From assembly GCA_030390025.1 (NCBI GenBank), contig CM059438.1, forward strand, positions 52,826,001 through 52,890,000: a stretch of 64,000 nucleotides of DNA, in the 5' to 3' direction. Origin of the DNA: Squalus acanthias. Its lineage: Eukaryota. The position numbers were made by a program, and so were the translations under genes. Shown piece by piece: positions 49,669 through 61,167 of this stretch. The notes under the pieces were generated by a model that saw only the letters and a program-made list of their open reading frames with translations, did not search any database and was not told the DNA's origin. Every line of letters begins with the position of its first letter. Positions within the stretch are counted from its first letter, which is position 1.

Positions 49669-49902
49669 CTGCAGAAAGAAAAAAGTTTCTATATTATTCT
49701 TTAGTTGGGCACACAATTAAGCTTGTATGGCGTTCTCATTTTATTTGTTTTGGGTTTTTTTTATATTCCGCATTATAAATTTCACTCTTTGAGAACCCAA
49801 AGTAAAGGACCCAGGTCTATAGTGCAGGACATCATCAAGCTGTAAAAGGGATACAAATGAGGGAGGTAAATCTGAAATTAGTGAATAAGGGACCTTAATT
49901 GT

Positions 49903-51714
49903 TACATAGAAGCATAGAAGCATAGAAGATAGGAGCAGGAGTAGGCCATTCGGCCACTCGAGCCTGCTCCGCCATTTAATGAGATCATGGCTGATCATTC
50001 AAATTCAGTAACCTGTCCCTGCTTTCTCCCCATATCCCTTGATCCCTTTAGCCTTAAGAAATATATTTATCTCCTTCTTGAATATATTTAATGAATTGGC
50101 CTCAACTGCCTTCTGTGGTTGAGAATTCCACAGGTTCACCACTCTCTGGGTGAAGAAATTCCTCCTCATCTCAGTCCTAAATGGCTTACTCCTTATCCTT
50201 AGACTGTGACCTCTGGTTCTGGACTCCGCCGCCATCGGGAACATCCTTCCTGTATCTAGTCTGTCTAGTCCTGTTAGAATTTTATAAGTTTCAATGAGAT
50301 CCCCTCTCATTCTTCTAAACTCTAGCGAATATAAGCCTAATTGACCCAATCTCTCTTCATACGTCATTCCTGCCATCCCAGGTATCAGTCTGGTGAATCT
50401 TTGCTGCACTCCCTCCATGGCAAGAACATCCTTCCTCAGATAAGGCGACCAAAACTGCACACAATACTCAAGGTGTGGTCTCACCAAGGCCTTGTACAAC
50501 TGCAGCAAGACATCCTTGCTCCTGCACTCGAATCCTCTCGCTATGAAGGCCAACATACCATTTGCCTTCTTAACCGCCTGCTGCACCTGCATGCTTACCT
50601 TCAGCGACTGGTGCACAAGGACTCCCAGATCTCGTTGCACTTCCCCTTTTTGCAATCTATTGCTGTTCAGATAATAATCTGTCTTCCTGTTTTTGCCACC
50701 AAAGTGGATAATCTCGCATTTATCCACATTATACTGCATCTGCTATGCATCTGCCCAATCACCCAACCTGTCCAAATCATACTGGAGTTTCTCTGCATCC
50801 TCCTCACAGCACACACGCCCACCCAGCTTTGTGTCGTCTGCAAACTTGGAGATATTACATCTAGTTCCCTCGTCTAGATCATTAATATATATTGTGAATA
50901 GCTGGGGTCCTAGCACTGATCCCTGTGGTACCCCACCAGTCACTGCCTGCCACTCAGAAAAAGACCCGTTTATTCCAACTCTTTGCTTCCTGTCTGCCAA
51001 CCAGTGCTCTATCCAAACCAGTACCTTACCCCCAATCCCATGTACTTTAACTTTGCACGCTAATCTCTTATGCGGGACCTTGTCGAAAGCCTTCTGAAAG
51101 TCCAAATACACCACATCCACTGGTTCTCCCTTATCTATTCTGTCAGTTACATCCTCAAAAAATTCCAGTAGATTAGTCAGGCATGATTTACCTTTTGTAA
51201 ATCCATGTTGACTTTGTCCGATCCTGTCACTGTTTTCCAAGTGCTCTGCTATTACATCTTTTATAATGGACTCTAGCATTTTGCCCACTACCGATGTCAG
51301 GCTTACCGGTCTATAATTCCCCGTTTTTTCTTTCTACCACCTTTTTTAAATAGTGGGGTTACATTAGCTACCCTCCAATCCATGGGAACTGTTCCAGAGT
51401 CTCTAGAATTTTGAAAGATGACCAGCAATGCATCTACTATTTCTAGGGCCACTTCCTTAAGTACCCTAGGATGTAGATTATCAGGCCCTGGGGATTTATC
51501 GGTCTTCAATCCCGTTAATTTCCCTAACACCATTTCCCTACAAATACTGATTTCATTCAATTCCTCCCTCTCATTAGACCCTATGTTCCCCGACATCTCT
51601 GGGAGGTTATTTGTGTCCTCCTTTGTGAAGACAGAACCAAAGTATGTATTTAATTGGTCTGCCATTTCTTTGTTCCCCGTTATAAATTCCCCTGATTCTG
51701 ACTGCAAGGGACCT
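49903..51714 (-). mobile_element. 5'-truncated young CR1 (copy D)
   Basis: RT ORF pieces 50005-51707 with one stop and one frameshift; (ttctatgc)n tail. Confidence 0.94.
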
Positions 51715-51880
51715 TGATTACTAACTGATTACTCTCTGGAATTATTCACTGCAGGAGACATTAATAGCATGACGCTTATTACAGGAGATTCCAAAAATAA
51801 ACTTAATGATTTTGATATCACTTTGTATGGACTTCTGAGGAAGGCTTAACGGGCTGCAAAGCAATAATACCACAAGAACA

Positions 51881-52501
51881 GGCCTTGATTTTAACCTCCA
51901 CCCACGACAGGCAAGAAAGGGTTGGGTGAGGGGCTAAAATCCTGAAATTCAAAATCCCGCCTCCAACCCGCCGCATTCCCCGCCACCGTAATATTACGGC
52001 CCGATGATGTCATCAACGCTACAACGTAATATTAGCGTCAATGTGGGGGTAGACCCGCGTTGAAACATGGTCAGAGGAGCTGACTGGCCAAAAGTGGCCA
52101 AGCTACGTTTTAAAAACTTCCTTCTCTTTGAACTCCTTGAGGGCCAGGAGGAGCAGGAGTGCTCCCCAGGCCCTGCAAAGAGTTCTTGGGCCTCCCCCTG
52201 ATCTTCAGAGAATCCCCAGCCCTAGTATCTCCGATTCCACTGCGATTGTTGAAGTAATCTTCAGCCCTCCCCAATTCTAAACGCAATTGATGAGGGAATC
52301 CCAAGCCCACTGACTGCCGGGACTGTTCCCATGACTGCAGCCATACTCCCGCTCCCGCCTGCCAGCCAGGTAATGGGCCTGGCTGGGTGTTAGGCTGGAA
52401 TCCGGGAAGTTTTATTTAAATGAGGACCTGCCGTTGAGATTGGCAGCACCTCCATGTCCCTGACGTGTCGGCGCACTCTTCCTGCCGTAAAAATCAAGGC
52501 T
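51881..52501. mobile_element. Harbinger-type MITE (degenerate)
   Basis: TIR GGCCTTGATTTT / AAAATCAAGGCT. Confidence 0.6.
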
Positions 52502-52812
52502 TATATAACTGAAAGCAAGACCAGGGACAAAATGTACAAAGTGCTGATAGTCATCATGAGGGTGCCAGTGATTACAGGGGAGGCCCCACTGGATCACCAA
52601 CTTCCTTATTTTTGTAGAATTAACGTTGGAACAGGCTATCACTTAGTATACCTTTGGTTTCAGAAAGGCTTGAATAAAGTTCAAGATGAAAGGCTGCTAC
52701 GAAAGCTTATCCTAGGTAAAACTAGAAAATGGATAAGGAAAATGGCTGAAAAATGGAAGCAGTGTTGGGACTCCTGTTTCTGATCTACCTAAATGCCTGG
52801 ATTCAGAAACAT

Positions 52813-53290
52813 AGGGGGTAATTTTAACTCCCCAGCCGCAATAAAGGCAGTAATGCACCCCCCGCCCCCCCCCCCCCCCCCACCCCCTGGCATCCCACCT
52901 GGCTTCCTGCAGGACTGATTTTAATCTGCTATTTTCACAGGCATGCGGAATACCCGCCAGAAGGCAACGGGGATCCTGCTTTAAATATGCAGATCAGGCC
53001 CCAAATGTAATTTTAGATTGAGGCCTGGCCAGGCGATCAGAGGTGTCTTTCCAGTTAGGTCAAACCTGCTGGGAGCTCCATCGTGGGCCAGAAGAGGGTG
53101 AGGTAAATTGTTTTACATTTTTTTAGATTTCCTTATGGGTCAGGTGGAGCAGGCCCTGCAAGGAAACCTTTGGCTTCCCCTTCCCTGGGCCTCCCTCTTC
53201 CCTGAGATCGTCGGCCGACCCCCAATCAACCCACCGTAGTGCTGGGGGCTCTTCCCGCACTGATCCCATCCTGAGTTAAAATTGAATCTA
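52813..53290. mobile_element. Harbinger-type MITE (degenerate)
   Basis: Ends ...AATTTTAACTC / GAGTTAAAATT... Confidence 0.55.
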
Positions 53291-53299
53291 TAATGTAAT

Positions 53300-53630
53300 A
53301 AAGATCACAATTTACATAAATGGTTTGGATTCAGGAATTGGAAGTACAATTTCAAAATTTGTGGACAGCACCAAATTGGGGGGTATAGTTAATACTGAGG
53401 AAGACTGCGACAAAATACAAGAAGTCATTAATAAACTTGCAGAATGGGCATGTAATTGGCAAATAAATTTCAATATAGACAAGTGTAAGGTGTTACATTT
53501 TGGTAGGAAGATTAAGGCGACCACATCCTGCTTGGCTAATAAGAGTCTAAATGGGGTAGAGGAGCAAAGGGATGCAGGGATACAGAAACACAAATCACTA
53601 AAAGTAGTGCCATAAAAAAGCAAACTCAGA
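53300..53630 (+). mobile_element. Old CR1 RT fragment (probably continuing remnants at 51720-51880 and 52500-52760)
   Basis: ISKFVDSTKLGG...FNIDKCKVLHFG. Confidence 0.8.
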
Positions 53631-53632
53631 CT

Positions 53633-54196
53633 GATTCACCAGACTGATACCTGGGATGGCAGGAATGACGTATGAAGAGAGATTGGGTCGATTAGGCTTA
53701 TATTCGCTAGAGTTTAGAAGAATGAGAGGGGATCTCATTGAAACTTATAAAATTCTAACAGGACTAGACAGACTAGATGCAGGAAGGATGTTCCCGATGG
53801 CGGGGGAGTCCAAAACCAGGGGTCACAGTCTAAGGATAAGGGGTAAGCCATTTAGGACTGAGATGAGGAGGAATTTCTTCACCCAGAGAGTGGTGAACCT
53901 GTGGAATTCTCTACCACAGAAGGCAGTTGAGGCCAATTCATTAAATATATTCAAGAAGGAGATAGATATATTTCTTAAGGCTAAAGGGATCAAGGGATAT
54001 GGGGAGAAAGCAGGGATAGGGTACTGAATTTGGATGATCAGCCATGATCTCATTAAATGGCGGAGCAGGCTCGAGGGGCCGAATGGCCTACTCCTGCTCC
54101 TATCTTCTATGCTTCTCATTCTTCTAAACTCTAGCAAATATAAGCCTAATCGACCCAATCTCTCTTCAAACGTCATTCCTGCCATCCCAGGTATCA
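53633..54196 (+). mobile_element. Short young CR1 3' fragment followed by an inverted duplicate of its own 5' part
   Basis: 53633-54116 is nearly identical to the reverse complement of 49917-50399. 54114-54196 is the reverse complement of about 53645-53726. Confidence 0.92.
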
Positions 54197-55140
54197 ATAT
54201 ATATTTTCTACCATTCATAATTGCCTTCACTCACCTGTTATACTCTTTCTCTATCAGCACCTAGGTGTTAGGGAAACTCACTAATGCCAAAGGAAACTGC
54301 TCAAACACTAACAACAACTCTGTCAACCCACATGGTTGACATTCTAGTGCAGTACTGCACTGATGGAGATAATGGGCTCGATTTTGCCAGGCCCAAGGAG
54401 GCGGGATTGGAAGCGTGTAAGGTGCTAAAATCGCAAAAAATGGCGGGCGGATCCAATCGCGCCTCCAGCCCGCCTCTGAGCAATTTTTCCAAAATCGGAG
54501 TTTCAGACCCCGTTTCCATTCCGCCTCCAAGAGGTGGGATAGGCCCTTAAGGCCCTTAACAACCAATTAAGTGCCTCTATAATCCCATTTTGAGAGGCCT
54601 TTCTGAATTTAACACATTTCCCCCATGCTGCACGTCTCCTCTGGAACACGCCAGTTAATCCTGGCGGGCTCACAAGTGGATGGCTTACTAACAGCTGCAG
54701 CTCCACCATTAAAAAGGAGTTTTCAGCAATCATCATTTGCAGGTGGCAGTACTTTGTTGTCTCAGGTCTGGGAGAACTTTTAGCAGGCTCATTGTTGTGG
54801 AAGTTTGGAGCCTGAGACTCATCTCCAGTGTGACCTCCTGGGAAACCCCTCTCCCCACCTTGACTGAGCATTTCTTCAACTGAGGTATATACCAGAAGCA
54901 TGGGAACCATTTATTTCCTTTCCTCCTGGACATCAGATTCGGACGAAGACCAGCCGCGGCAGCAGCAGCACCCGGAGCAACAGCAGCACCAACAGCAGGA
55001 GCAACAACAGGAGCGCCAAGCTGCTGCTCACCCACCTGAAGCTGCACAGGCCAGAAGACACCAGCGCATGGAAGTACGTTGCCGCAGGAGATACCTCCAA
55101 CACAGGGTTTACAGACAGAGGATGAGCTACCTCAACATGA

Positions 55141-58088
55141 GGTAGGCCAAACTAATTCATAAAAAATGTGAGCATAAAAAAAGCCTGAGGGTTTTATACC
55201 TTAATGCGAGAAGCATCAGGAACAAGGTAGATGAATTAGCTGTGGAAATAGAGGTTAATAATTATGATCTAATTGGGATTACGGAAACATGGTTGCAGGG
55301 TGAGCAGGGCTGGGAGCTTAACATACAGGGGTATTCAGTATTTAGGAAGGATCGACAAAAAAGAAAGGGAGGAGGGGTAGCATTGCTGGTAAAAGAGGGG
55401 ATAAATGCAATTGAAAGGAAGGATATTAACTCAGTTAATACAGAATCTATATGGGTGGAGCTAAGAAATAGCGAGGGGCGAAAAACATTAATAGGAGTGG
55501 TATATAGGCCTCCAAATAGTAAAATAGAGGTTGGGGAGGGCATCACGAGGGAAATTAGAGAAGCGTGCAATAAGAGCACAGCTGTCATCATAGGTGACTT
55601 TAACTTACATATAGATTGGACTAGCCTAATCAGTAAAAATAATGAGGAGGAGGAATTCCTTGAGTGTTTAAGGGATGGTTATCTGGATCAATATGTCGAG
55701 GAACCAACTCGGGAACAGGCTATATTGGACTGGGTACTGTGCAATGAGAAGGGACTAATTAGTAATCTTGTTGTACGGGGACCCTTGGGTCAGAGCGATC
55801 ATAACATGATCGATTTCTCACTCGAAATGGAGAGCGAAGAAATTGACTCAGAGACTCAGGTCCTGAATTTAAACAAGGGGAATTATGATGCCATTAGACG
55901 GGAACTGAGTAGGTCTGATTGGACAACGTTCCTGGGAGGACTGGAGGTAGATAAACAATGGCAAGCATTTAAAGATAGAATGACAAAATTGCAAAAATTG
56001 TTTATACCAATCTGGCATAAAAGGAAATCTAAAAAGGTGACTCAACCGTGGATAACAGGGGAAATTAGAGACAGCATAAAATCCAAAGATAGGGCGTATA
56101 AAATAGCCAAAAAACGCGCCAGAGCGGAAGATTGGGAACAGTTTAAGATAGAGCAAAGGAGGGCAAAGGGCTTAATCAAGAAGGGCAAAATAGCTTACGA
56201 AAGCAAGCTGGCGGAAAATATAAAAACTAACTCCAAAAGCTTTTATAAGTATATCAAGAGGAAAAGACTGGTGAAAACCAAAGTTGGTCCATTGCAGTCA
56301 GATACGGGGGAATATATAATGGGAAATAAGGAAATGGCAGACCAACTAAATGCATACTTTGGGTCAGTCTTTACGAAGGAAGACACAAAAAACCTCCCTG
56401 GGATATCGGGAAAAATAGGGACATTGGCAAAGGAGGAACTGACGCAAATCAATATCTCTAAGGATATGGTGTTAAGGAAGCTAAAGGGATTGAAGGCGGA
56501 CAAATCCCCAGGGCCTGATAACATGCATCCTAGGGTACTGAAGGAGGTGGCCCTAGAGATAGCGGATGCACTAAGCATGATTTTTCAGAATTCATTAGAC
56601 TCGGGAACAGTGCCCATGGATTGGAGGGTAGCTAACGTTACCCCACTATTCAAAAAGGGGGGTAGGGAAAAAGCAGGTAATTACAGACCTGTAAGCCTTA
56701 CATCAGTTGTGGGCAAAATGCTGGAGTCCATCATTAAGGATGAAATAGCCGAGCACTTAGCAAATGGGGACAGGATAGGACAGAGTCAACATGGATTTAC
56801 AAAGGGTAAATCGTGCTTGACTAATCTATTGGAATTTTTTGAGGGAGTAACTGGTAAAATAGATGGGGGAGAGCCAGTAGATGTGGTGTACCTGGACTTC
56901 CAAAAGGCCTTCGATAAGGTCCCACATAAAAGATTAGCATGGAAAATTGAAGCTCATGGGATAAAGGGGAAAGTATTGACGTGGATAGAGAACTGGCTGT
57001 CAGATAGAAAACAGAGAGTTGGAATAAACGGCTCAGTTTCTGAATGGCAGGCAGTAACAAGTGGGGTACCACAGGGATCTGTCCTGGGTCCCCAGCTGTT
57101 CACAATTTATATTAATGACCTGGATCAGGGAGTCGAATGCAGCATTTCCAAATTTGCAGACGACACTAAACTAGGAGGGGGGGTGGGCTCAGAGGAGGAG
57201 ACCAGGAAGCTCCAGAGCGATTTGGACAGACTGGGTGATTGGGCGGATAAATGGCAGATGCACTATAATGTGGACAAGTGCGAAGTTATCCACCTTGGGT
57301 GCAGGAACGGGAGGGCAAATTATTATTTAAATGGCAATAAATTGGGAGAGGGGGAAGTACAGAGAGACCTGGGTGTTCTTGTACACCAGTCACTGAAGGC
57401 GAGCATGCAGGTGCAACAGGCGGTCAAGAAGGCAAACGGTATGCTGGCCTTCATAGCAAAAGGGTTGGAATACAGGAACAGGGATACCTTGCTGCAGCTG
57501 TACAGGGCACTGGTGAGACCACACCTCGAGTACTGTGTACAGTTTTGGTCGCCTCATCTGAGGAAAGATGTTCTTGCCATGGAGGGGGTGCAGCGGCGAT
57601 TCACCAGGCTGATACCAGGAATGGCGGGATTGACCTATGAGGAGAGACTATGTAGTTTAGGGATGTACACACTGGAGTTTAGAAGATTGAGAGGGGACCT
57701 CATAGAAGTGTATAAAATTCTGACAGGTCTAGACAGATTAGATGCAGAAGGAATGTTTCCCTTGGCGGGTGAGAACAGAACTAGAGGACATAATTTAAGG
57801 ATAAGGGCTAAACCATTTAGGACAGAAATGAGGGGGAATTTCTTCACTCAGAGAGTGGTGAACCTGTGGAACTCATTGCCACAGAGGGCAGTGTACGCCA
57901 GCTCATTAAATATATTTAAGAGGGAATTAGATATATTTCTACAGGCAAAAGGGGTTAAGGGTTACGGAGAGAAGGCGGGGACGGGATACTGAATTGAAGG
58001 ATCAGCCATGATCTCATTAAATGGCGGAGCAGGCTCGAAGGGCCGGATGGCCTACTCCTGCTCCTATCTTCTATGTATCTATGTATCT
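55141..58088 (+). mobile_element. CR1 (divergent subfamily), truncated at the start of ORF2
   Basis: No ORF1; (ctatgtat)n tail; ATGA present at both junctions (55137-40, 58089-92). Confidence 0.95.
55146..57992 (+). CDS. CR1 ORF2p (APE + RT), open from 55146, no ATG at the homologous start
   Basis: The frame is open from GCC at 55146 through LYLNARSIRNK to TGA at 57990-92. All catalytic motifs present. Confidence 0.88.
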   Translation, partial: AKLIHKKCEHKKSLRVLYLNARSIRNKVDELAVEIEVNNYDLIGITETWLQGEQGWELNIQGYSVFRKDRQKRKGGGVALLVKEGINAIERKDINSVNTESIWVELRNSEGRKTLIGVVYRPPNSKIEVGEGITREIREACNKSTAVIIGDFNLHIDWTSLISKNNEEEEFLECLRDGYLDQYVEEPTREQAILDWVLCNEKGLISNLVVRGPLGQSDHNMIDFSLEMESEEIDSETQVLNLNKGNYDAIRRELSRSDWTTFLGGLEVDKQWQAFKDRMTKLQKLFIPIWHKRKSKKVTQPWITGEIRDSIKSKDRAYKIAKKRARAEDWEQFKIEQRRAKGLIKKGKIAYESKLAENIKTNSKSFYKYIKRKRLVKTKVGPLQSDTGEYIMGNKEMADQLNAYFGSVFTKEDTKNLPGISGKIGTLAKEELTQINISKDMVLRKLKGLKADKSPGPDNMHPRVLKEVALEIADALSMIFQNSLDSGTVPMDWRVANVTPLFKKGGREKAGNYRPVSLTSVVGKMLESIIKDEIAEHLANGDRIGQSQHGFTKGKSCLTNLLEFFEGVTGKIDGGEPVDVVYLDFQKAFDKVPHKRLAWKIEAHGIKGKVLTWIENWLSDRKQRVGINGSVSEWQAVTSGVPQGSVLGPQLFTIYINDLDQGVECSISKFADDTKLGGGVGSEEETRKLQSDLDRLGDWADKWQMHYNVDKCEVIHLGCRNGRANYYLNGNKLGEGEVQRDLGVLVHQSLKASMQVQQAVKKANGMLAFIAKGLEYRNRDTLLQLYRALVRPHLEYCVQFWSPHLRKDVLAMEGVQRRFTRLIPGMAGLTYEERLCSLGMYTLEFRRLRGDLIEVYKILTGLDRLDAEGMFPLAGENRTRGHNLRIRAKPFRTEMRGNFFTQRVVNLWNSLPQRAVYASSLNIFKRELDIFLQAKGVKGYGEKAGTGY

Positions 58089-58374
58089 ATGACTGAGCAG
58101 CAGTGCCAAAGGAGGCTCAGACTTTCGCGAGAGGTAGTGGGTGACATCTGCGCAATGCTGCAGCAAGACCTGGAGCCCAGAGGAGCAGGTGGACACCCCT
58201 TACCAGTGGCTGTCAAAGTCACCACCACATTCAACTTTTTTGCTTCAGGCTCATTCCAGGGATCAACAGCAGACATCAGCGGCGTCTCCCAGGCGGCCAC
58301 ACACACTTGCATCACGCAGGTAACCGATGCCCTCTTTGCCATCGTGCACAATTACATCAACTTCTCCAAGGACC

Positions 58375-59873
58375 ATGTTTTCAAGACCCTGGTGACTAAG
58401 CTCCTCCATGGCCGTAGCCATCCTCTCCTCTACCATAGCCATCCTCTCCTCTACGGTAGCCAGCCTTACCACGGAGGTAGTCATCCTTTCCACGGAGGTT
58501 GCCATCCTTTCCGTGGTGATGCATTCATGCACCAATGCCTCCACAAAGGCTCTGCTCATGTTAGCGATGGACTCCTCCATCCACTCCACACTCGCAGCGA
58601 CCCTGGAGACAAAACCTGCCAGAGACTCCTGCACCTGTTCCTGGAGTTCCAGCACCGCTCTCCTTCTGGATGGACCTGGAGGCACAGGGTCGACATACAG
58701 CGGAGCCGAGCTGGGAGAGTCCTGCGCCCTCCGACGAGGACTCTCCACTGCTGTCCCTGTCTCCACCATCTGCTGATGCTCACTTGTGAGCTGTGATACC
58801 AGGTGACAACTCTACTCTATCTCCCGAAGGTCCCACCGAGGTGTGAGTGTCTGCGCTGGTGCTGGGTGCGCTTAATTCTGCTGACACTGCGCCCTCAGAG
58901 GTTGCAGCTTCCTCTGAGGAGTCTGGGGGCTCAGGCTGTTACTCCTGGACAGTGGGGAGGGGGGCTGTCGATGGTCCTGTGGGGGAGTAAAGGAAAGAGT
59001 TAGACATGTGAGATAAACGTTGCATGCACATTGAATTGTGCAGATGATCATAAGTCAATCTGTTAGAGCATCAGAATCAATATCAGTCACTCATGCAATG
59101 TCAATGAGAGAGATGAAAAACTATTCTGTCACCAGCTTGCTCTGATGCGCCCGTCTGGCCGTCCCCCACTTACGCATCCTCCTCCACTCCCACGATCTCC
59201 AGGGCTGCCTCCTCTGCAGTGGTGAGCTGGCTATTGAGGGTGGCCCTCCTCCTGTCCTCGCCCTCTCCCTCTTATTGTGGGCTCTCTTTTCCTGCAATGA
59301 GGGAGACAAGTGGAGTTTGAGTGAGAATGGAGGAGTGAGTGTAGAGAATCCATAGCATAGATGCTTAGAAGGACACAAAGATGGAGTGAGGTGCCAAGAC
59401 CAAGGGTCCTCCCTGTGTGTTGTAAGTTGTTGTCATAGCATCACAGTAATAGGGAGTGTGAGGGCTGCATAGTTGAATAGTTAAGTGAATGTGAACATAC
59501 AGAGAGAGGGAATGGTTAAGGGTGCAGGGATGTAAGGGTGAAGTGGGATGTGGAGGAGGAGGTTGACAAAGCAGAGTGCTGGTCATGAGAGGCGATGGGG
59601 ATCAGATTGAGGGTCATGGGGATGGAATACTCACTTTTCCTGTGCGGAGAAGGTCACAAAACCTCTTTCGGCACTGCAGCCAGGTTCTGCTGCACATTGA
59701 AATGGCATTCACCTCCTGTGCCACTTGCAGCCACACAGCTTTGGTCTGTTGTGGAGGCTTTTCCTCCCTGAAGAAGGAAACAGCACTTCCTTATTTGCTC
59801 TTGCTCCCTCCACCAGAGCTTGTAGGGAGTTCTCATCGAAGCGGGGTGCACACTCTGGTCTGGTGCCTGACAT
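58375..59873 (-). pseudogene. Harbinger Myb/SANT-like DNA-binding protein gene, three exons (59635-59873, 59133-59291, about 58375-58976)
   Basis: MSGTRPECAPRFDENSLQALVEG...W..VA.EVNA...RTWLQCRKRFCDL followed by GTGAGT. Exon 2 EKRAHNKRERARTGGG; exon 3 has heptad repeats. Frameshift near 59760. Confidence 0.87.
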
Positions 59874-61042
59874 GGTTTTTGAACTAATCCCTCAGAAGTA
59901 AATAGCAAAAGTTGCAAGGCAGAAAAAGAACCAAGGCTGCTTGCAGGCCTTAAATGCAGCTACATAGATGGCATCATCAGAGGCGAGTTTCAGGACCAAA
60001 AGACTCATTGGCCCAGGGGTTCCCACACGCTGGAAATCAAGTGCCCAATTAGGGCAAAATGGCTCAATTGTCCCGCCTCACATCGGAGGCGGGATCCGGA
60101 CCCGCCGACCACCTGACCCGACCCCAACCCGCCTCCACTGACAAAATCTTGCCCAATGTCTTTCAGATGAGACGTTAAACCAAGGCCCTACCTGTCCACT
60201 CAGGTAGATGTAAAAGATCCTATGGCAATATTCAAAGAAGAGCAGGGGAGTTTGTTCCGGTGTCTTGGCTAATATTTATCCCTCAATCAACATCTCTAAA
60301 AACATTATCACATTGTTATTTGTGGGACCTTGCTATGCACATATTGGCTGCTGCGTTTTCCTACATTACAACAGCAAATACAATTCAAAAGTATTTAATT
60401 GGCTGTAAAGTGTTTTAGGACATCCTGAGGTCGTGAAAGGTGGTATATAAAATGCAAGTTTTTCTTTCGCATAGCATACAAGGACTTCTGCTGGTCTTCA
60501 AGGACACTTAAGTTAAAGGGACAATGCACCTGCTCCTCTCATCATTATGTTGTGCATGCACTAATAGTGTCCATGCTTTCTCCTTTAAGGAATTGTTGAT
60601 AAGTGTATTAGTATTACTATACATTGAGAAAGCACATGAAGCTGAGACTATATATGATGAGCTTTTACCAACCTTCAGTTACCACCTCACCTCCAACCTT
60701 GCCATCTATGACATAACTAAACAAGCTCTCCTTGAGTTTCTCAATGAGGCTACACTCTTGGTACAAAATCTCATGTGATGGAAGCACAGATTGGAGAATC
60801 GGATACAGACACCACCCCCAGTTGTTAAAATGAATGACGAGAAAAGTAGGTGTATCAAAATTGTGCTGACCTCTGTGTCTGATTCTCTGATCAATAGTTC
60901 TGTTAAGTAAGGCTCGTTACCGGGAGCGTAGCCTCACTGAACATACTCTTTTATTCAGACTTGGAAGAACCTCAGCACACAGCAGGTGATAATTTTACAC
61001 ACAGCTAATTATTTAAAATACATTTGTATGTTTTATATTTAC

Positions 61043-61167
61043 CAACCATCCAATAGGTTATGCATGAAAAAATAATGGCAGACACACTTCGTATGGGCAA
61101 TAGATCCCCTATTATTGTTGCTAAGAAGTATGCTGAAATCCTGTAATATCCACTGATGTATTCATGT
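61043..61167 (-). CDS. ABCG2: ABCG2-like transporter, internal exon equivalent to human exon 12 (125 bp)
   Basis: ctttcctttcctAG acceptor and GTaaat donor. Translates HEYISGYYRISAYFLATIIGDLLPIRSVSAIIFSCITYWMV(G), matching human HEYISGYYRVSSYFLGKLLSDLLPMRMLPSIIFTCIVYFML. Length and phase match my recollection of human exon 12. Confidence 0.93.

Larger units (their letters stand above)
54374..60154 (+). mobile_element. PIF/Harbinger transposon with both ends, internal deletion and CR1 insertion
   Basis: TIR GGGCTCGATTTTGCCAG / CTGACAAAATCTTGCCC with TSD AAT. Transposase N-half at 54900-55140 and 58089-58375. Confidence 0.92.
54330..60468 (+). mobile_element. Deu-domain SINE with L2-type tail, split by a Harbinger (pieces about 54330-54373 and 60158-60468)
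   Basis: gtgcagtactg...gtctttcagatgagacgttaaacc(a)aggccc Deu-like core; tail ggacatcctgaggtcgtgaaagg..tatataaaatgcaag. Confidence 0.75.

Noticed and set aside
59635..59873. Host NAIF1/MSANTD-type gene
   Set aside because: It is inside Harbinger TIRs, frameshifted and truncated by an internal deletion.
60524..60778. 84-aa plus-strand ORF in apparently unique sequence
   Set aside because: No recognisable motif or splice context, and it is antisense within an intron.
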